DNA of 26,018 bases from Geosiphon pyriformis uo1 (taxonomy: Eukaryota; Fungi; Glomeromycota): positions 49,999 to 76,016 of the forward strand of contig JAAOMT010000284.1 in NCBI GenBank assembly GCA_016748015.1, written 5' to 3'. Of this stretch, positions 9,832-18,399 are shown piece after piece. Made by a program: the position numbers and the translations under genes. The notes below the pieces were generated by a model. That model saw nothing but the letters and a program-made list of their open reading frames with translations. It searched no databases and was not told the DNA's origin. Numbering within the stretch: position 1 is the first letter of the stretch; every line of letters starts with the position of its first letter.

Positions 9832-11199
9832 CTACGTTTTGATAACAATGATTGGTTCCAGATCTTGTGGTATATCTTCTGGTTTGATTAATGAAATTTG
9901 TGTTCCTAGTTGAGGTACTGATGATGATGATTCCTGTTTTACATGATAAATTTTTAACCGATTTCCATGCACTACTTTCTTTAAAATCCTGTCTTCCAAT
10001 CATAATTTGTAAGCTCCATTTCTTAATGCTTCATGTATGTGGAATGGACTGTCCCATTTTAGGTCAAACTTTCCACTCCACTGTTTCTCAGCTTTTGTAC
10101 GATATAACAGTACTTGGTCTCCAATTTTGAATTCCATTGGTTGTTCTGGCAGGTGTTTATCATGTCTTTCTTTTTGTCATTCTTGAGCATGACTAATATT
10201 GTCAGCTGCTGTTCTTCGATTGTTTTCTAACGTTTCCATTAGCTAGTACGTTCTTTGGTGTAAGATAGCCTCAAAATTCTCTTCATTGATTGTTTCTGTT
10301 GGGTATAATGATATCACTCATTCAATTGGTAACGTAGCTTTTCTTCTATAGACTAGTTCAAACGGTGTGAACTGAGTCGTATTTTATTTCAATGTTCAGT
10401 ATGCAAAGAGTACAGAAGGTATGAATAATTCCCATTCTTGTCTGTTTTCATGACTTATTTTTGCTAGTGCTTTGCACAGTGTTTTGTTAAACTGTTCTAC
10501 CAGTCCGTTCGTTTGTGGGTGGTATGGTGATGATAAGAGTCTCCTTATTCCAAACCGTTGGCTTAGTTCAGTCAGCGTATTATTAACGAAGTGTGTTCCC
10601 TAATTAGATAATAATTCTTTCAGACATCTATGTTGGCAAATTAGGTCTTGATGCACAAATTCGGTGACTGTTTTGGCATCAGCCACTTGGATTGCTCTGG
10701 CTTCTGGCCATTTTGTAAGATAGTCTATGGCTACAGCAATATAGCAATTTTCTTGGAATGTAATTAAAAGAGGTCCAACCAAATCGATTCTGATTCTATC
10801 AAATAAATTTCCAACTGGAATGGATCAAAGTGGTTCTGTTGATCTTGCTCCTCCTTTTCACTAACATGTGTTACAATTGAGCATGTATTCGAAAATGTCT
10901 TTGTACATTGTTGGCCAATAGTATAAGTTTAGTGTTCTTTCGAGGGTAGCGTCTTTGTTAAAGTGTCCTGCAGTCAGATCTGAGTGCATGCTATATAGTA
11001 TAGTTTCTCTTTCACTGTCCGTGATTAGTTGTTGTGGGTTGGGGTGGTTTCGGCATTTTCGTCGATATAATTGGTTGTCTTGAATAAAATAATTTTGGGC
11101 TTGTTTTTGTATGATACTCTGTTCTTGTTGAGATAATATCTCTTTAAAACATAGTGTCAATAGGTACTAATGTAGTCGTTGATAAGTGAGTGTGTTCAT
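9832..11199 (-). pseudogene. Element C integrase (own ATG, separate frame)
   Basis: MNTLTYQRLH...; HHCC (MHSD..GHF..CNTC); DLVGPL, IDYLTKWPEA, YHPQTNGLVE; C-terminal GPY/F-type FKIGDQVLL..KWDSPF..NGAYKL..HGNRLK..EPIIVIKT*. No chromodomain seen. Confidence 0.92.
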
Positions 11200-11209
11200 G
11201 GGTCTGGAA

Positions 11210-12500
11210 TTAGGTTTGTGGCATCCTTGACAAACTGTTGGCATTGGTGTTCTTGGATCCTTCTTTGTAATGAACTTTGAGTGGGAATTGTTGCAGATAA
11301 GTACTCCATCTCGCATATTTTCTTTCTAGTTGTGGATTGTTGAGTAACCAAATAAGTCTTTTGTGGTCAGTATATAAGTCAAATAGTTGACTGAGGTAAT
11401 GTTTCCAAATCTGTATGGCCCAATAAATGGCGAGACATTCCAGATCTGTTGTGCTGTAATTTTTTTCTGCTGGGCTAGTGCTGCGATTAGCATAGGCAAC
11501 TGGGTGTTTTCTATTGTCCAGTCTTATCTGTGATAAGACTGCTCCTAGAGCATTTTTCGAGGTGTCCATAGTGACAATGAACCATTTAGTGAAATCTGGG
11601 TAAATCAGAATTGGGGATGTGATCAATTGCTGCTTAAGATAGTCGAATGCTTTCTGTTGATTTTCCTTCCACAAGTACGGTACATATTTGGACAACAATT
11701 GATGGAGTGGTTTTGTGATGTTTGAGAAACTTTTGACAAATTGACGATAATATTCTGCTAATCCTAGAAATCTTCGTAATTCTCTGAAGTTGATTAGGGC
11801 TGGAAAATCTTTGACTTTTTGTACTTTATCTGAATTGGGTTTAACTCTGTCCTTACCAATTACATGTCCTAGGAATTTTAACTCGGTTTTTCCAAAGAAC
11901 CACTTTTCGGGATTGAGTTTCAATCCAGCACTACAAAGGCATTTGAAAACTTGTTGCAAGTGGAGCAGATGGTCTTTAAATGTTTCGGAGAACACGTTTG
12001 TATCATCTAAATAGACTACTACTGATTTCCAAAGGATTTCTTTGTATATTACATCCATCAGGCATTGAAACATAGCAAGAGTATTACAAAATCCAAAAAA
12101 CATTATGTTAAACTCGAAGTTTCTATCTCAAGTGGTAAACGCTGTTTTTCTTTTGTCTTTGTGGTCCATTTCAACTTGTCAGTAACCACTTGCTAAATCT
12201 AATGACGAGAACCATTTTTTTTCCCCTAGATTGTCCAAAATTTCTTGGATGAGGGGAGTGGAATAACTATCTCCTCGCATGATACTATTTAGTTTTCAAT
12301 AATCTATGCAGAATTGCACTTTTCCATTTTTCTTGGTAACCAAGACTACTGGCGAGGACCAAGGGCTTAACAATTCTTTGATTAGGCTGTTATCAAGCAT
12401 CCATTGCACTTTTTGCTTAATTAGGTTATCGCCAGATGGGGGTACGCAGTAAGCTCATTGCTTAATTGGTCGAGCGTCTCCTGTATCAATCTGATGCTTC
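11210..12500 (-). pseudogene. pol: Element C reverse transcriptase and RNase H
   Basis: WSSPVVLV, FCIDY, LDLASGY, YLDD, FLGHVI, MDTSKNALGAVL, LECLAI, YTDH, NANSLSR. Confidence 0.95.
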
Positions 12501-13036
12501 ACAATGTCAGTGTGTCTGAACTCATTTTTGCTGGCAAAGACATCGGCATACTGATTCAGAAAGACTTTGAGTTGCATTTGTTGCAGGGTACTTAAATTTC
12601 CTAAATTCAATTTATTGATCTCTTCTGATGTGAACAAGTAATTTTCTTTTGGCAAATTCCATACTTGTGAGGTAATGTCACAGAATAAGAATAATTGTGT
12701 GAAATCTGGAATGGACTGGAGTTTTTCAGAATTCTGACTATTTGTAGATATGGAACTGATGAGGGTTCCTTCGGAAATTTTAATAACATCTTCTGTTAGG
12801 TTGTGGATGAGGATTTTGAAGTGTTTATGGGCTTTGGCTGGTAGGTATAGATTAGCAACATTAGCTAGGGAACAGATTTTGGGACTGGCTTTGAATAATA
12901 AGGCTTGATCTTGGATCTTTTGATTCATTTTGAAAATGTATTGTTGGTATGAGGAAATAGAGATAACGGTGTTGGTATGAATAAATTCTACCTGGTCACT
13001 GTCTTCTTCCATAAAATTAACCAGTACGTTTCCTCT

Positions 13037-13429
13037 TCCACTTGATCCAAACCTGTTCATTCCTCGGGCAGTGAGGCCTAACTCTTCTTGGGTTGTTACT
13101 GGGGTTAATTGGGGTATTTTGACTAGGGGTAGGAAGATAGCTTGGGCAATCTTTTCTTGTGATTCTATTTTGTAGGGTCTGTCTGAATTGTTCTGTAGCA
13201 TCATGATGATGTTTCCCGTGTAACCAGCATCGATGATTCCTCTTTTTATGTTGATTTCTTTCTTGGCTAGACTAGATCGAGAGGCAACTTGTACTATTGT
13301 ACTAACAGGAATTTCTAATGCTATTTTAAGATCTATTTTTACAAGGGAATGTGGGGCTATAATGATGGGTGATTGTTCAAGATATCATAGGTCGAAACTG
13401 GCATCGGTGTCATGCGCTCTTTCAGGGCA
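13037..13429 (-). pseudogene. dut: Trimeric-type dUTPase domain within element C pol
   Basis: All five motifs in order: AHDTDASFDL, ASRSSLA, GIIDAGYTG, KIAQAIF, RGMNRFGSSG. One in-frame stop at 13385-13387. Confidence 0.93.
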
Positions 13430-14499
13430 GATTTCTTTCTCGTTGTCACTATACCATTTTAGCTCTAGTTCTTTGGATAGGTCGAGATACGCGAGATACT
13501 GTTCTGTTTTGATATCCTCAGTTGGATCTTGAAATGACATGTCCTCGGTGATTAATACCTCTTCTTCGGGTTCAGGTAGTTTGGTGATTGGAAACAGTAT
13601 TCTTGGAGGTGGATTGAACATGAAATCACATTCATCGCAGTACTGGAAGTGACAGGGGATCAAACAGTGATTGCATAGTTTGGTATTCAAATTGGCCAAT
13701 CTTTGCTCTTGTTCCTTGCGAGTTGGGGCCAATTCCTAATATCAGTTCTGAAATGTGTCTGGGTCATCTGTGAAGAAATCATCTTCAAAGTAGTCGGGTC
13801 CAGTATATTCGGGCATCCAAAGGTTGTCCTTAATTTCTCGTATTTCTTCAGGCGTGGTGCTTTCGGTCTTGGCGCTTGCCATTCTCCAGATTTTGTGGTC
13901 ATCGTGTAGATAACCGTCTAGTCTGTTGAGTGCTCATTTCCAAGCGTCCTCAATGAGGGTTCCCTTTTGTACCCAATCATTAATTAATATGGTGTATTGA
14001 CAAGCCTTGTCACATGTTCCTCCTCTGCCAGGCACATCATTCCAGAGTTCTTCATCTGGCAGGATTTCGCCACATGCAAGGCATAGCGTGTGGTCCCACT
14101 TGCCTTGTTGTTTTGGTCATCCAAATCTTTTCAGTAAACAAGGCCTGCAATAGTATTTGGTGGCAGTGGACTATTCTTCATTGTTTCCAATACATGCGCC
14201 CATAGTGGATAGTTTTTTTCCACAATTGACACATATTAGTCTTGGGGGTTGGTAAAATAAGTTTCTTTGGTCTGAGATTATGTATCCTAGTGATAACAAT
14301 TGGGGTTCTTCTTCAGCTCTGCTTTTTCCTTTTTTTTCCCAAATTGGTGGTGGGGATAGTTCAGTTCAATAATCATCCACCCATAAAACCTGATAGGTCT
14401 TGATGGTTGGTGGCATTGATGTGTCTTTGAATTCAATAAGGGGTTTCTTGGTACATTGGTTTTTAAAGTGTCTGCATATAGCTGGAACTTGGGCATGCT

Positions 14500-14850
14500 G
14501 TCTGTTGAATGTGAGTTGAAGTTCTTGGGTGTTTCAGTCAAGAGTAGTGTTGGCTTTTGACAACCAGTCGTTTCCTATTAGAGCTTGATATTGAGTAGCT
14601 TCTATGACAAGTACTTTGGTAGGGATTTGGATTCCATTAATCTCGAAGAGGAAGTTGTCAATTTCTCTTATTGGGGTTTTTGTGTTCTCATTCACTGTAA
14701 TGATCTGGGTGGTGGCAGCACAGTCTACTTGGCGACCTAGTTGGTCTATGAGCTGCTTTGTGATTATGCTACCAGCTGATCCGCTATTCAGGATTAATTT
14801 AATGTCTATTCCTCTGACTCTGGCATCGGTGTATAGGGCCGTTATTGGTT
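14500..14850 (-). pseudogene. Element C aspartic protease
   Basis: IKLILNSGSAGSII (catalytic D decayed to N, codon 14788-14786) and ALIGNDWL. Confidence 0.9.
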
Positions 14851-15421
14851 TATCCTGATTGATGGCTGTTCCACTAAAAAGGCTATGTGTGTTCAAATTA
14901 TTGATGTCAAAAGGAAATATGGCAGCTAGAGTGATGTCTTTGGTAATAGTGACTGGTGGGATATTGCTTTTTGTTTGCTTGGAAGGTTGGGAGATTTGTT
15001 CTATATCCCCCCCTTCTACAGGTGTAGATTTATCAAAACCCTGGTCTTCTATAAGACCAAAATAGAAAGCTTAATTCGGGTATCCAGTTGGTGTTGGTCG
15101 AGATTGGGCAGGACTGCGAGAGATTGGTCGAGATGGTCCACTGTTGGTTTGCACCTAATTGTTGTTGGAATTCCTTTATCCCTGATTATAGTCTATAGCT
15201 TAAGGTCTGAACAGGCTGTAAGGGGAAGTTTAATAGTGAGGGATTGCTTGTGTTATTGGTGGTGGTTGATAATAATTCTGGGGCAGTAGTTGAGTGTATG
15301 GGACTTGTTGTGCATATAGGGGCAGTTGATTCTGAGATATAGAATATTGGGGTACCATGTTTTGCTGATATCTGGGTTGCTAATATGGGTTTCCTTGATT
15401 TTGGTCCATGATCTTCCTTCT

Positions 15422-16195
15422 GCAGTCATGGGGGATGTGTCCAGGTTTCTGGCAGTAGTAGCAGTTGCAGGGATCGGATCTCTAAGGTTGTTGCTGTTAC
15501 TGACAGTTCTGTTGCTGTGGGTATTTGCTGTTGTTGTTATTTTTTCTCTGTTGGGGTGGTTGGTAAGTTCCTGTAGTTCCGGCTAAGAATCCCTCAATTT
15601 TCTGAGTTAGTTTTTCACTCAATTGGGTTATTTTTGCATTGATGTCAGAGGTTCTGTTAATGGCTAAATTAACAGCTTGGGTATGGTTTGCTTCTTGTTC
15701 TGCAGACTCAAAATCGCGAGTGAGAGTGATGGTGTCTTGTAAACTGGTCGGATGGCGGGGTCTTACAGATCTTAGAATACTATTCCACAATCTTTTAATG
15801 AATTGATTAAGAACTTGCACCACAGTGTAGTAGTCCTTTTTGATAGCTAATATTTGACACAGAATTTGATTGAATCATCCGAGATAAGTAGTTATTGCTT
15901 CATGATCTTTTTGTTTAATTATGCTGAATTAATTCTGCAATCGGATTAACATATTGGGGTCACAGAAGTATTGCAGAAATGTGAGTTTAAACTCGGTAAA
16001 GGAGGTAGACTTCTCTGCCAGGCTCTGGTACCACGAATTGGCGGTTCCAGTCAGAAAAAACGGCAGTGTCTGAACTGTGCGGTCATTGTTCCAACTGTTA
16101 GCAGTAATTACTTTCTTGGCATCTGCGATCCAAGAATATGCATTATCTTCTTCACCAGAAAATTTTTCCAATTTAGCAATATCCCGGTAAGCCAT
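15422..16195 (-). pseudogene. gag: Element C Gag capsid and CCHC zinc knuckle
   Basis: KLEKFSGEED..W....L.GTANSWY...F..FK..F, FIKRL, and CYYCQKPGHIPHDC at 15463-15422. Confidence 0.92.
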
Positions 16196-17041
16196 GATCT
16201 GGTTAATGGGTAGGGTGTTACTGGTTATGTTTAAAGAGATTGGTGTTCATGTATTCGAGTGTTCTCCGGGTGCTAATGCTGGTTGCTTTCCTTTGTCGCT
16301 TAAACCAATAGGTTGTAAGATAGCTGTTTTTTCCGTTAGGGGAGATATCGATTCTGCTAGGTTTTGTGCTAGTGGCTGTTCCCAAGTTGACGGGTTTTCT
16401 TCTGTTTGACTGGCTGCTAGGGTAAGATTTCCAAACAGCAATCTATATTCTCCTAGTGATTTGGTCCAACTGTGTTGATTCCAAGGGTGTGGATTTCCAG
16501 GAGTTCGTGGTGTTTCTGACTGAGTTTCCAGGGGTGAGTTGAATACAATTCTACTTTGGGGTGTCTAATGGTATGATGGAGTTGTTGGGGAGAGGACCCT
16601 TGGTTTCTTGTTGACCGTAGACTTAGCTTGGGCAGTTATGGGGTTGTTGGATTTGTTTTTGTATTCCTCAGGGTTGGATTTCACTGGTTGTTGTACTTGA
16701 GGGAATTGTTGTGTTACATAATATTTAATGTCTGTATTGATTATGCACAGAGTTTCAGCAATTGCTTAGGTAGTTGTGGCTGTTGAGTACCCTAATAAGC
16801 TTTGATGGATTTGTTCTCCAAGTCTTTCTGTATCAGTTGCACAGCCTAACAAGCAGTCAATTTTTGTGTTGATATAGTTACAAAAATCACTTTCTGCATA
16901 AGCGGTTCCTGCTGATATTCCTAGGTCTTTTCGAAAGTATTGAAATAGTGCTTTTCCGTACGAGAAGTGGTCCTTTCCTATTGTTCCAATAGTCACCACT
17001 TTTATGTATTTTTGGGGGTGCTCTGTCTCTATAGATTTATA

Positions 17042-17059
17042 ATCTCACAGGAAGCACCA
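17042..17059 (-). promoter_or_regulatory. Primer-binding site of element C (possibly elongator tRNA-Met)
   Basis: TGGTGCTTCCTGTGAGAT lies 2 nt after the LTR end. The tRNA identity is inferred from the ...CTCAC...GCACCA 3' end pattern and was not verified. Confidence 0.82.
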
Positions 17060-17061
17060 AA

Positions 17062-17527
17062 TGTTACGGGTAAACTTGGTGGGTATAGGAAATGGTAATG
17101 TTTGGTGCTCTCAATTATTGATAATGCATCTTCCACATAATTCTGTTGGCTTAGTCTTGATTATTAGTCTCTAAAAATCTATTCCTGGATGTGAATTTTA
17201 CCTGTTGAGTTTTTTGGTTATAAGGCACAAAGTTGTCTTTCGTCAATTGCAACATTTTTCGTAAATATGAGCTTTTTTTTCCGAGCTAACGAGTAGGGTC
17301 TGACATTGTCTTTTTGCCCTTCTGGTAAGCTAACAAGATAATGTTAATATCCAAAACTTAGGAGGAGCTTCCCTCTTTTACCAGGCTATCACGAAGTCTA
17401 TTCCCAGACAGTCAATTTTACTATGTTGCCACTCCACAAAAAAAATAAGACAGAAAAAGAAAAAAAAAAAAAAAAAAAAAAAGAAAAAAAAAGAGAGAAA
17501 AGATAAATTAGTATTGTCAATCGCCAT
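17062..17527 (-). repeat. 5' LTR of element C, U5/R remnant
   Basis: Direct repeat of 7931-8381. It stops at ...CGCCAT, where the other copy continues GATCAAGAG. Confidence 0.93.
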
Positions 17528-18379
17528 TGTTACTTATAGAAATATAGAAAATATATTAGCATAATTATTAGCCAATCAGAAGTAAGCATAGTAAATGTGG
17601 AATTTCAGGATTCCCTGACGAGGAATTGCAGAATTCCAGAATTCTAGGATTCCTCTCAAAGGAATTGCAGAATTCCAGGAATTTCAGGATTCCTGTCGTG
17701 AAAAATTAAGGAATTGAGGAATCTCAATTATGTATATATAGCAGTAGTGTTAGAAACAGAAAAGACAGAATTGATACCACAGAATCCTTAGCCTAGAAAT
17801 GCAATCATCAAATAAATAATTATTTCATATCTCAATCCACTCCCCACTATCAACCCTTCATGTTGATAGTAATTGAGACTTAACCACACTGGAACAATAG
17901 CTCTTGATCATGGCTATTGATGGGATACTAATCTACAAATCGCCTTGGCTTATGTCTTTCTTTCTTTATTTTCTTTATTTCTTTTCTTTATATTATTTCT
18001 TTGATTTTGTTGTTGTATACTAATTGATTAAAAGATTAAGTGCTGAGTTATTGACATCAACGATAGCCTGGTAAAAGACCCAGAAATAAGGATAGAATTT
18101 TATATATATTATCAGTTAGCTTACCAGAAGGGCACGATTGCCAGACTAAATCCAGCCACCACACTGAGAAAGAAATTGGGAAAACTCTTGAAAGGACACA
18201 TCTACTATCAACACTATTGAATCTTTGTCCATTATACAAAGAACTCACCCAAAACCTTCAGATCCATAAAAACCCTTCAGATACAATACCTTCAGATATT
18301 ACCAACAACATTATATCAATTGAGCACTAAGTTACGGGTTTGTTATTTAATTCAACAGCAAAAATAATTATTTGTAACA
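17528..18379 (+). repeat. 5' LTR of element D (852 bp)
   Basis: TGTTAC...GTAACA termini followed by the PBS, TATATATAG at ~17733, GGAATT/AATTCC array at 17599-17722. Confidence 0.88.
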
Positions 18380-18381
18380 TT

Positions 18382-18399
18382 TGGTGCTCTCTGTGAGGT
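18382..18399 (+). promoter_or_regulatory. Primer-binding site of element D
   Basis: TGGTGCTCTCTGTGAGGT lies 2 nt after the LTR end and is near-identical to C's PBS. Confidence 0.85.

Larger units (their letters stand above)
11210..17044 (-). pseudogene. Element C ORF1: single Gag-Pol frame (N-terminal domain, capsid, zinc knuckle, protease, Cys-rich insert, dUTPase, RT, RNase H)
   Basis: ORF fragments starting at 16999, 16441, 16195, 15823, 14896, 13732, 13204 and 12103 are all in one frame, separated by stops explainable by transitions. Confidence 0.9.
7931..17527 (-). mobile_element. Ty3/Gypsy element C, near full length, dUTPase-bearing, 5' LTR interrupted by D
   Basis: Two direct-repeat LTRs (7931-9002; remnant 17062-17527), PBS, PPT, gag-PR-dUT-RT-RH, integrase, ORF3. 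Confidence 0.96.

Noticed and set aside
9832-9960. Chromodomain at the integrase C-terminus
   Set aside because: The tail after HGNRLK is short and lacks chromodomain aromatic motifs in both A and C.
14604-16409. Plus-strand ORFs overlapping C gag/protease, and similar shadow ORFs elsewhere (e.g. 53-601, 20093-20466)
   Set aside because: Antisense shadows of retroelement coding frames with no independent motifs.
17615-17645. Hammerhead-like CTGACGA followed by a perfect hairpin (GGAATT-GCAG-AATTCC)
   Set aside because: The required GAAA does not follow stem II (AGAAT instead) and there are no convincing stems I and III. The hairpin is explained by the GGAATT array.
18062-18134. Resemblance of CCTGGTA/ACCAG to hairpin-ribozyme helix 3
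   Set aside because: There is no loop A (N-GUC facing AGAA) and loop B matches poorly. It is kept only as an unclassified conserved stem.
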